From assembly GCA_903861055.1 (NCBI GenBank), contig CAIOSU010000302.1, positions 1 to 33,942 of the forward strand: 33,942 bases of DNA, read 5' to 3'. The first letter of the stretch is position 1, and every line of letters starts with the position of its first letter. A program made the translations under genes and the position numbers. This DNA comes from an uncultured bacterium. GTDB taxonomy: Bacteria > Bacteroidota > Bacteroidia > Chitinophagales > CAIOSU01. Under the pieces are notes generated by a model. That model was not told the DNA's origin and did no database searches. It saw only the letters and a list, made by a program, of their open reading frames with translations. Shown here piece by piece: positions 9,378-16,964 of the stretch.

Positions 9378-10628
9378 ATGAGATTTATTACATTTTTACT
9401 GATAGCAATTTGTTTTTTGTTGACAAACTCATTGTTAGGTCAAGGAAACGTGGGGGTAGGTACTACCAACCCTAACCCTTCGGCTATATTAGATTTAACT
9501 TCAAGTGATAAAGGGATATTAATACCTCGGCTAACTTCCGCAGAAAGAAACGCCGTAGTTGCTCCTGCTCAAGGACTTTTGGTGTTTGATATATCGGATA
9601 CTACTTTTTGGTATTTCGATGGCATTGTTTGGGTGCAGGCTATTGGCCCGGCAGGTCCTCAAGGTCCTACAGGTCCAGCTGGGGCTAATGGGGCAACAGG
9701 GCCAACTGGCCCTCAAGGCATTGCAGGTGTGACCGGAAGTGCAGGTGCTACAGGATCGACAGGTGCCACTGGATCAACGGGCGCAACAGGTGCGGCAGGT
9801 ACTCCTGGTTTGAATGGTGCCACAGGCGCAACGGGAGCTCCGGGTGCGGTAGGCGCAACAGGTGCAACTGGCGCCACTGGATTAGCGGGTGCCACAGGTG
9901 CAACCGGCGCAACTGGTGCAGCAGGTACTCCTGGTTTGAATGGTGCCACAGGAGCAACGGGAGCTCCGGGTACGGTTGGCGCTACAGGCACTACTGGTGC
10001 AACTGGACTAGCCGGTGCAACAGGTGCCGCAGGTGCAACAGGTCCAGCAGGCGCTACGGGTGCTACTGGCTTAACAGGTGCTACGGGGGCAGCAGGCGCT
10101 ACTGGCCTAACAGGTGCAACAGGACCAGCAGGTTCGGCAGGAACTGGTGGAGCGATATATCTTACTTGGGTAGGCGGTAGTCTATCACCGAATAGTGGTT
10201 CTCTTACTCGTTATTTTACTTGTGCCGACCCTGCCAATAATGCCTCTAACTGGGCAGGTGTGAGCATCATGACTCCTGAAGACAATTCAACTGCTATTGG
10301 AACGACAATAGGGTCGGATAATGAGTGGTTTTGCCCAATGAATGGCACGGCAGTTAAATTATGGCTTTCTATTCAGTTAAATGGCAGCGCCTCTCCTAGC
10401 TCAACAACCTATACCTTCGATTTGTATGACGTAACCACTGCTAGTACTACCGGTTTGAGTATTACCATTACGCACACGGGCAATGGCAATCCAGTATTTT
10501 CCTCTGCCACTGGCTCTGCAGCGTTAATTGCAGGTCGTAGGTATACCATACGCAGTGTTCACAGCGCTGCCGAACTTAGTGGTGTATTATCTGATTGTAA
10601 GTTGGTAGTTGCGTTTACGCCAAATTAA
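9378..10628 (+). CDS. Secreted collagen-like triple-helix-repeat protein with a conserved N-terminal module and a globular C-terminal domain
   Basis: 416 aa. It has a signal peptide ([15 protein letters not shown]), then [17 protein letters not shown]...[24 protein letters not shown], then 56 uninterrupted G-X-Y triplets, then a non-repetitive tail of about 160 aa. Confidence 0.85.
   Translation: MRFITFLLIAICFLLTNSLLGQGNVGVGTTNPNPSAILDLTSSDKGILIPRLTSAERNAVVAPAQGLLVFDISDTTFWYFDGIVWVQAIGPAGPQGPTGPAGANGATGPTGPQGIAGVTGSAGATGSTGATGSTGATGAAGTPGLNGATGATGAPGAVGATGATGATGLAGATGATGATGAAGTPGLNGATGATGAPGTVGATGTTGATGLAGATGAAGATGPAGATGATGLTGATGAAGATGLTGATGPAGSAGTGGAIYLTWVGGSLSPNSGSLTRYFTCADPANNASNWAGVSIMTPEDNSTAIGTTIGSDNEWFCPMNGTAVKLWLSIQLNGSASPSSTTYTFDLYDVTTASTTGLSITITHTGNGNPVFSSATGSAALIAGRRYTIRSVHSAAELSGVLSDCKLVVAFTPN
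9645..10148 (+). repeat. Collagen-like G-X-Y coding repeat (56 triplets), including a 126-nt tandem duplication at 9789-10040
   Basis: Counted directly from the translation: GPA GPQ GPT ... GSA GTG. The 14-triplet block [42 protein letters not shown] is repeated immediately with a few substitutions. Confidence 0.9.
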
Positions 10629-10990
10629 GTTTTTGCGCCGTAAAATCAGATTTAGCAACTGGTGTTGCTCTCCCAAGCGAGCTTTAGGCTTACCTTGCGT
10701 TTTAAGACGCATCACCACAAGCTATATGAACCTGATTTGGCTTGACGACCTTGATAGAAATGGACTTTACCTTAGTATGTAAAATCCTTTTCTTAATCAT
10801 CTAGATCCTGCTTCCAGTAACGGTTCTAACGCCACATAGTATGGGTGCTAACCAATATTTAAACTCACTACTTACCTGTTAGAAGGCCCTATTTCGTCAG
10901 GATGGATATGGTGTGGGATTTCGAGTCTCGTCCTCCATAAGGCGAAAGAAGGGTTTTGCATTTATTGAATCCATGCTTTGGGGCTTTGCC

Positions 10991-11028
10991 AAAAACAAAA
11001 AGCGGCAGCACAATCATGTGCCACCGCT
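10991..11028 (-). terminator. Rho-independent terminator for the minus-strand monooxygenase-like gene
   Basis: gcggcagcac / gtgccaccgc forms a stem (4+4 bp around a 2-nt internal mismatch) with loop aatcat. On the minus strand it is followed by tttttgttttt. There is also ttttg on the plus side. Confidence 0.6.
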
Positions 11029-11054
11029 TTTGAGTCTATTAAGCTGACGCCTAG

Positions 11055-12731
11055 TTATTCGCTAACCACTATTTTTTGTATGTTTTCGGCGCCATTGAGG
11101 GTGCTTCGTAAGATATATATGCCAGGTGCCAGCATATTAGTAGAAATACGCTGTGCATGGCTGCCTACAGGTTGTTGGCCATTAGTAAGGTTTATCACCT
11201 GCTCGCCTACAAGGTTATACAGGGCCGCTTCCAATTGGCCAGCTTGTTTAAGATCGTAGTAGATGGTAAACTCGCCATTGTTAGGGTTAGGGTAAACCTT
11301 CACAAAGGCATTCACGCCCTCGTTAATGTCGTTTACCGAGCTCACCAAGCTATCGCCTAAAATATATTGTATACCAAGAACCATCATCTCGTCGTCAGAG
11401 GTTAATCCCCATTCTACGGGGTTAGGCCCAGCAGTGTTCAAGAATCTGGCTTCGTGTATAAAACCGTTGCGCGGGTCAACATCAAGCAAAGAGTCATCGG
11501 GGTAATATTTAAACGTTACTTCTGGCCCCCATCGGTAAAAGCCCACTGGGTAGTTGCCTTCGTAGCTATAGTTACCGTCATAAACCATATCGCCTTTAGT
11601 GCCGTCGCTATTGCGCAAAAACACCTCATAACCTACGCCGTATTTGTGGGTGTGTGTGTATATATTCCATATTTTCCAGTTACGCACCTCGTTTGTGTCG
11701 CTGGCTATCGCAGTTATGGTATGCACCTGCCCATCTTGGGGTATTGATATAGTAAGGTCGGGTACGGTGCGCGTATACATGTAGTGTTCGGCAATGCCAG
11801 CTGCTTGGGTATCCACATTTAAGTACAAGTCGGTAGCTAGAATCGAATCTTGATTAGTGTTTTTGATATGCAGGTTCAAGTCAAATACTATGTTTTCGGG
11901 CCAGAAGTAGGCCGTACCTTGAGGCAGTTGGTAGGTTTTTAAACCAGGGCCAGTAGCTATAGGGTTGCGCACAAAAGCGTGCGAGTCGTCAGATGAGCCT
12001 TCGTTTAACCCCCTCAGTCCTTCTCTAAAGTTAACATCTGCACCAGATGAGTATGAATAAATTACAAAATGATGACTCGATTGAGGCATGTAACTCTCAA
12101 TTTTAGTTACTTCAGTACTCGAGCCAAAATCAGGTTTGTATTTAATAAAATACTCTGTTTCGGATGCGGGGCGAACAAAAATACGGCCTAGATATATTTG
12201 CACGCCTGTGCCCACCGCTGGAGGATTGCGTTGACCATAAGTATCATCAATGCCACCATCTCGGTAATAGGCGTTTATAAGCGAAGTATCAACCAATGTA
12301 TCGGCAAACTGTGCCCCGAACAAAATCCATTGTCTTACTAATTCAATCTCATTGTCTGGCAACTTAGCTGCACCATAAGGCATATCTAGGCCTTCATTAG
12401 GCTGTTTTAAATCTAGCGGATCGCTGATGCCATGGGCCATTTTGCGGAGCAAAAAGCTGCGTACTGGGTCGCCTGGCTTAACAAGTTTGTTGGCCGAGGA
12501 TAGTGCCGAAGGATTAACCGGATTGGCATTTACAATGGAATTGTAAAATGCTGTATCTGACAATGTAACATTGAAGGTTGCCGTTGAGCCATTATGACAA
12601 CCTGAGCCGCCACAGGTAGCTTGCAAAAGGTTGTGTACTTTTTGGAAGGTAGAGTTTTGACTAGAACCGGCTAAAGGAAACTGTAATAACACGGCTAGGA
12701 TTAGGCCGGTTAATACTGATAATGATTTCAT
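11055..12731 (-). CDS. Secreted PHM/DBH-like copper type II monooxygenase-fold protein with an N-terminal cytochrome-c-like (PSCyt-type) module and a T9SS type-A sorting domain
   Basis: 558 aa with a signal peptide. The N-terminal module is LLQATCGGSGCHNGS ... MPYGAAKLPDNEIELVRQWILFGA. The His/Met ladder is HH (220-221), H288, HTH (360-362) and MM (449-450), spaced like the PHM CuH/CuM ligands. The C-terminus VKVYPNPNNGEFTIYYDL...GIYILRS...KIVVSE is a type-A CTD. Confidence 0.6.
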   Translation of the reverse strand: MKSLSVLTGLILAVLLQFPLAGSSQNSTFQKVHNLLQATCGGSGCHNGSTATFNVTLSDTAFYNSIVNANPVNPSALSSANKLVKPGDPVRSFLLRKMAHGISDPLDLKQPNEGLDMPYGAAKLPDNEIELVRQWILFGAQFADTLVDTSLINAYYRDGGIDDTYGQRNPPAVGTGVQIYLGRIFVRPASETEYFIKYKPDFGSSTEVTKIESYMPQSSHHFVIYSYSSGADVNFREGLRGLNEGSSDDSHAFVRNPIATGPGLKTYQLPQGTAYFWPENIVFDLNLHIKNTNQDSILATDLYLNVDTQAAGIAEHYMYTRTVPDLTISIPQDGQVHTITAIASDTNEVRNWKIWNIYTHTHKYGVGYEVFLRNSDGTKGDMVYDGNYSYEGNYPVGFYRWGPEVTFKYYPDDSLLDVDPRNGFIHEARFLNTAGPNPVEWGLTSDDEMMVLGIQYILGDSLVSSVNDINEGVNAFVKVYPNPNNGEFTIYYDLKQAGQLEAALYNLVGEQVINLTNGQQPVGSHAQRISTNMLAPGIYILRSTLNGAENIQKIVVSE

Positions 12732-12825
12732 GGGAGTATAGTTTTGATAATGAGGAACTAGATTGGTTTATAGATTTCAATAGGTAATGGCGAATTTAGT
12801 CGTAAATTAACAAGCAATCAACAGA

Positions 12826-12870
12826 TTTTTATCACAAAAACCAAATATTGTTTGATACTTGTGATAAAAA
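12826..12870. repeat. Perfect 12-bp inverted repeat (tttttatcacaa N21 ttgtgataaaaa) in the divergent promoter region
   Basis: Read directly from the sequence. The arms are 12826-12837 and 12859-12870, between the divergent starts at 12731 (-) and 12916 (+). Confidence 0.6.
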
Positions 12871-12915
12871 AAGTGTTTTTTAGCGACAATTATTACTTTC
12901 TAAAAACTATAAACC

Positions 12916-13797
12916 ATGAATTATAATCTACTCCTTGTAGCGGCACTTATGCTACTTGTACCTCGTGTAAATGCCCAAGACACATTAGCAAATAGCGGGT
13001 TTGAAAGTTGGACCAACCAAGGCACTTACGAAGACCTTGCTGACTGGAACACGCTTAATCCGCTATCTAGTGCCCTAGGTGTAATCACGGCTACTAAAAC
13101 CACTGGTGCTGATGTGCATACTGGCTCATATGGATTGAAATTACAATCGAAATCAGTTTTGGGTACCATTCGCCCAGGAGTATTAACCACGGGAGTGATA
13201 AACGTAACCAACTCAACTATTGGTGGTGGCGTGCCTGTAAATTCACGACCAGTTTACCTAAGTGGTTGGTACAAGTATGCTCCTGTAGGTATTGATACTG
13301 CTTTGATTAGCGTTGTTTTTACTAAGTGGGATGCGGTAGGAGATTCGCAGATTATTATTGGTGTAGGTGGGTTTACCGAAACTGGCACAGTTTCAACTTA
13401 TACTCCGTTTTCAGTAGAGATTGATTACCGTTCAGCCGATGTGCCTGATACGGCTTTGATCATTATTACATCGGGTAGCAATTTAGCGCCACAGCTTAAT
13501 AGTGCTTTGATTGTTGATGATGTTGATTTCTCTTACACCGCTGTTGGTATTCTTAATCGGGTAGCAATAGAGCCGATAAGTTTTCATCCTAACCCTGCTC
13601 AAGGTTTTGTTACATTTACCAATTATAATGCCCAACAGCTTAATATACTTTCGTTGGAAGGTAAGCTTGTGTTTACTACAGAGTTGACTGCTGGCCAAAG
13701 TCGCGTTGATTTAAAAGGCTTTACCAAAGGCTTGTATATTTTAAATGCTGTTGACGCAAAGGGCAATGTCCGCTATGGTAAGTTGTTAGTGGAATGA
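12916..13797 (+). CDS. Secreted PCMD-like (putative carbohydrate-binding beta-sandwich) protein with a T9SS type-A sorting domain
   Basis: 293 aa with a signal peptide. NSGFESWTNQ...DWNTLNP...GSYGLKLQS...SRPVYLSGWYKYAP resembles the PCMD family. The C-terminus FHPNPAQGFVTF...GLYILNAVD...GKLLVE is a T9SS CTD. Confidence 0.6.
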   Translation: MNYNLLLVAALMLLVPRVNAQDTLANSGFESWTNQGTYEDLADWNTLNPLSSALGVITATKTTGADVHTGSYGLKLQSKSVLGTIRPGVLTTGVINVTNSTIGGGVPVNSRPVYLSGWYKYAPVGIDTALISVVFTKWDAVGDSQIIIGVGGFTETGTVSTYTPFSVEIDYRSADVPDTALIIITSGSNLAPQLNSALIVDDVDFSYTAVGILNRVAIEPISFHPNPAQGFVTFTNYNAQQLNILSLEGKLVFTTELTAGQSRVDLKGFTKGLYILNAVDAKGNVRYGKLLVE

Positions 13798-15122
13798 AGA
13801 TATTAGATATTATTCTAGTTTTGTTATTAGGGTATAATGTCGTTTTTGGCGCCAAACCCCTTGCTATTGATAGCCTTGCCCAAGGAAGTGCTATTTCCAT
13901 TGGAGGCCCGTTAAATGGCTGCAAAGATTCATTGGTATTGTTTTCCAACACATCAACAACTACTGCTGGTTGGGCTTGGCAATGGACTTTGGTAAAAGGC
14001 TCTGACACTGTCAGGCTTAGCACTACATCGCTGGCATATGCTTTTTATGCTGAGGGCAGCTATAAAGTGTTTCTGCATGGCGATAGTGCAACCTATTTTG
14101 GCGATGATAGCATCATCATTGATATAGCCAATTGTAGAAATGTATGGCCTGGCGATGCAAATATGGATGGCTTAGTAGATGTTGATGATGTGTTTATCCT
14201 TGGGTTTAATTGGGGTGATACAGGTCTGGTGCGTCCAAATGCCTCTGTTGTTTGGATTGAGCAGCCGGCGACAGATTGGGGCAGTTGGTTCAACGGCATC
14301 AACAACAAACATGCTGATACTGATGGTAATGGTGTAATTAATGTAGATGACACACTGGCAATAGCGGAGAATTTTGGCTATGCGGTAAACAAATATGGAG
14401 GGATTATGCACAATGCTCCATTGTTTTTACAGCCAGTAAACAGTAACTGGTATTGTGGAGATGTGGTCAATTATAATATTGTTCTTGGTATTTTAAACAA
14501 TGATGCCGATAACGTTTATGCTCTCTCATTCTACCTCGATTTAGATCCTATTATTTTTGATACTAGTGTTGCCCATATAGACTTAAGCAACTCATGGCTG
14601 GGCAATGCAGGAACCGATGTTTTTAGTTTTAGAAAAATTATTGACACTCGATTGTACATTGCCATTGTGAGCACTACAAGGCAAAATCTTATTGGAAATG
14701 GCCGCATTGGTGGGTTGCACTTGCAAACGATGGCCTCATTGCCACCGGGTTTATCACAAGATTACTATTTAGCTGTGCCGAGCGGCATTAAAGGAAAAAT
14801 GGCCAACGGAACTGAACATACTTTCAGCTCACAGATTTCCGAAATATACATAAAAGATACGCTCACTGGCACCAATAATCGAACGCAAGTGGGTTCTGTA
14901 AAGCTGTATCCTAACCCAGTTGGCGAGGTATTGAATATTAGTTTTCCGGTTGAAAAGCAATGGCAAATATTGTTAACCGATATGGCAGGAAACAAGATAA
15001 TGAACGAAATGGCTAAGTTCCGCGATTATTCCCTCAACCTTAAGAATTTGAGCAGTGGGCTTTATTTGTTGCACCTGAATAATGAGGAGAGTGCTATTGT
15101 AAAAAAAGTAATGGTGGAGTAA
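13794..15122 (+). CDS. Secreted Ig/PKD-like + dockerin-like + cohesin-like protein with a T9SS type-A sorting domain
   Basis: 442 aa. Its ATG overlaps the upstream stop (ATGA at 13794-13797). It has two EF-hand-type loops, DANMDGLVDVDD and DTDGNGVINVDD (about 14145-14381). The C-terminus VKLYPNPVGEVLNISF...GLYLLHL...KKVMVE is a T9SS CTD. Confidence 0.6.
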   Translation: MKILDIILVLLLGYNVVFGAKPLAIDSLAQGSAISIGGPLNGCKDSLVLFSNTSTTTAGWAWQWTLVKGSDTVRLSTTSLAYAFYAEGSYKVFLHGDSATYFGDDSIIIDIANCRNVWPGDANMDGLVDVDDVFILGFNWGDTGLVRPNASVVWIEQPATDWGSWFNGINNKHADTDGNGVINVDDTLAIAENFGYAVNKYGGIMHNAPLFLQPVNSNWYCGDVVNYNIVLGILNNDADNVYALSFYLDLDPIIFDTSVAHIDLSNSWLGNAGTDVFSFRKIIDTRLYIAIVSTTRQNLIGNGRIGGLHLQTMASLPPGLSQDYYLAVPSGIKGKMANGTEHTFSSQISEIYIKDTLTGTNNRTQVGSVKLYPNPVGEVLNISFPVEKQWQILLTDMAGNKIMNEMAKFRDYSLNLKNLSSGLYLLHLNNEESAIVKKVMVE

Positions 15123-15127
15123 TTTCC

Positions 15128-15859
15128 TTACCCCTCCAGCACCAACCGAAACCCCATGTTGGATGTACGGTGGTGCCTGCTGTTAATATTACGGGCCTGA
15201 TTGTAGCAACGTTCAGAAGCGCTTTTCCAAGAGCCACCGCGCACAACCCTATAAAAGGCTTTCTTTGTGTTCAATGGATTGGCAGCAGGGCTACGCTTGT
15301 AGTAGCTACCGGCAAACCAATCGCTGCAAAGCTCCCACACGTTGCCTGCCATATCGTATATGCCCAGTTCGTTGGGCTTAAGTTCGCCTATTGGGTGGGT
15401 AATGCCTCCAGCATTGCTCACGTTCCAGGCCACGTCATCGAGCTTGTTGCTGCCAGGGTAGGTAAACCCTTTACTTTTGTTGCCGCCTATAGCGGCATAT
15501 TCCCATTCGGCTTCGGTAGGTAGCCGGTATTTTTTGCCGGTTAGGGCATTCAATTTAGCTATAAAAGTGTTAATGTCGGCAGGTGTGGCTTGCTCTACTG
15601 GGCATTTGCCGCAGGTATTAAAGGTGGCAGGGTTGGTGCCCATTACGGCCACCCATTGGTCTTGGGTTATTTCGTATTTGCCAATATAAAAGCTGCGGAG
15701 CGTAACAGCGTGAACCGGTATTTCCTTTTTGGTGCCCTCTGACGTGCCCATCTGAAAAGTTCCACCCTCAACAAAAACCATCTCGGGCTCGGCAATTTGA
15801 GCCAATAGTTGTGTTTGGATCAAAAAAATCGTCAACCAGAAGTATAAACGTACTAACAT
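15128..15859 (-). CDS. Secreted FGE-sulfatase (SUMF1/EgtB/PvdO) fold protein, probably not a true formylglycine-generating enzyme
   Basis: 243 aa with a signal peptide. MVFVEGGTFQMGT, YRLPTEAEWEYAA, GNVWELCSDW and VVRGGSW...NMGFRLV are the family hallmarks. Only one Cys sits in the segment that holds the catalytic Cys pair in FGE. Confidence 0.8.
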   Translation of the reverse strand: MLVRLYFWLTIFLIQTQLLAQIAEPEMVFVEGGTFQMGTSEGTKKEIPVHAVTLRSFYIGKYEITQDQWVAVMGTNPATFNTCGKCPVEQATPADINTFIAKLNALTGKKYRLPTEAEWEYAAIGGNKSKGFTYPGSNKLDDVAWNVSNAGGITHPIGELKPNELGIYDMAGNVWELCSDWFAGSYYKRSPAANPLNTKKAFYRVVRGGSWKSASERCYNQARNINSRHHRTSNMGFRLVLEG

Positions 15860-15995
15860 GCTTTTCCTATGAATTACTTAAAAGGCCAAAATACCCATTA
15901 TTCAACAAAAAAGGCGCACCAAGTTGCGGTTGTTTGCCATAAGGTTGACATCTTCTGAAACTAAGTGTACTTTCATAGCAATCAACGGCTCTATT

Positions 15996-16454
15996 ATGCA
16001 TCCTTTACTTCGCAATCTGTTGGCCGCAGTGGCGGGTTTGCTCGTTGGTAGTATTGTCAACGGGGTTATTGTAGACCTTAGCGGAACAGTATTACCACCT
16101 CCAGCCGGTGTCGACCCCAACAACCTAGAAAGCATCAAGGCCAATATACACCTGTATGGGCCGGTTCATTTTATGTTTCCGTTTTTGGCACATGCGCTGG
16201 GTACCTTGGTAGGGGCGTTTTTGGCAGCAAAAATTGCGGAGGCAAACAAAATGATACCAGCCCTAATTATTGGGGTGATGTTTTTGGCTGGTGGTATATA
16301 CATGGTAACATTAATACCCGCCCCTACATGGTTCATAGCCCTCGATTTGATAGTTGCCTATATACCTATGGCGTATTTGGGTGGCAAATTGGGTGGGGGT
16401 AAGAACGCCGCCGATTCTTACCCAAATACAAATGACCAGTTGCTAGACAACTAA
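15996..16454 (+). CDS. Integral membrane protein, function unknown
   Basis: The track ORF starts at 15924 with a non-ATG codon. The first ATG (15996, MHPLLRNLLAAVAGLL) begins directly at the first hydrophobic helix. There are about four helices. Confidence 0.55.
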   Translation: MHPLLRNLLAAVAGLLVGSIVNGVIVDLSGTVLPPPAGVDPNNLESIKANIHLYGPVHFMFPFLAHALGTLVGAFLAAKIAEANKMIPALIIGVMFLAGGIYMVTLIPAPTWFIALDLIVAYIPMAYLGGKLGGGKNAADSYPNTNDQLLDN

Positions 16455-16465
16455 AATCTTTACTT

Positions 16466-16894
16466 ATGACACGGTTAAGTTTATTCAGTTTGCTAATGGT
16501 TTTGAGTTTATTTGCCGTGGCACAGCCGTTGGCTGAGCAACAAGTAACTGATTTGGTAACAGAACTTACCCAAGCCATGATTGATGCAGATAAGGCGGAG
16601 CTTGACAACCTCACTTCGGATAACCTTAGCTATGGCCACTCAAGCGGAAGGGTAGAGGAGAAGCATTCTTTCGTGGAGAATATTGTGAATGGCAAGTCTG
16701 ATTTTGTGACCATTGACCTTGCGGAGCAAACCGTAACCATATCGGCCAACGTAGCTTTAGTGCGGCATATTTTTTCGGCCACCACCAATGATAGCGGCAA
16801 TGCCGGTTCGGTGAAATTGAAGGTGCTTTTGGTGTGGCAACAAGAAAAAGGCCATTGGAAGTTATTGGCCCGACAGGCGGTAAAAATACCTTGA
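16466..16894 (+). CDS. Exported NTF2-like (SnoaL/DUF4440-type) protein
   Basis: 142 aa with a signal peptide, then a pattern typical of DUF4440/NTF2-like proteins (LSYGHSSG...K.LLVWQ...G.WKLLARQAV). It lies 11 nt after the upstream gene. Confidence 0.6.
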   Translation: MTRLSLFSLLMVLSLFAVAQPLAEQQVTDLVTELTQAMIDADKAELDNLTSDNLSYGHSSGRVEEKHSFVENIVNGKSDFVTIDLAEQTVTISANVALVRHIFSATTNDSGNAGSVKLKVLLVWQQEKGHWKLLARQAVKIP

Positions 16895-16922
16895 AGCAAG
16901 AAATAACCCTTTAATAACTGCA

Positions 16923-16953
16923 AAAGCATGGCATAGTGGCTATGCTTTTTTAA
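16923..16953 (+). terminator. Rho-independent terminator
   Basis: aaagcatggc / gctatgcttt forms a 10-bp stem (one G-U pair) with loop atagtg, followed by tttaattt. Confidence 0.65.
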
Positions 16954-16964
16954 TTTAGTGAACC

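Noticed and set aside
9531-9991. Antisense ORFs in the collagen-like gene (for example the PVAPVAP-rich 92-aa ORF)
   Set aside because: The reverse complement of a GCN/GGN-rich G-X-Y repeat stays open by composition. The sense ORF has a signal peptide and flanking domains.
10725-10750. TPP riboswitch, because gaacctgatttgg resembles the GAACCTGATCTGG core
   Set aside because: The upstream CTGAGA element and the pairing partners are absent, and no thiamine gene follows.
10728-10940. A functional tmRNA or tRNA gene
   Set aside because: The acceptor stem cannot be formed, the T-loop is non-canonical (tttcgag), there is no tag ORF, and the length is far too short. It is kept only as a possible relic.
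10978-11360. Plus-strand ORFs 10978-11259 and 11157-11360
   Set aside because: They are antisense to the well-supported T9SS CTD of the monooxygenase-like gene, and they span its terminator.
15128-15260. Possible diversity-generating retroelement (DGR) variable region: the C-terminus RGGSW...RNINSRHHRTSNMGFRLV looks like CLec/FGE-type variable regions
   Set aside because: I found no template-repeat copy of this segment anywhere in the window and no reverse transcriptase gene. The gene's 3' end directly abuts a convergent gene. The motif is simply the conserved FGE-fold C-terminus.
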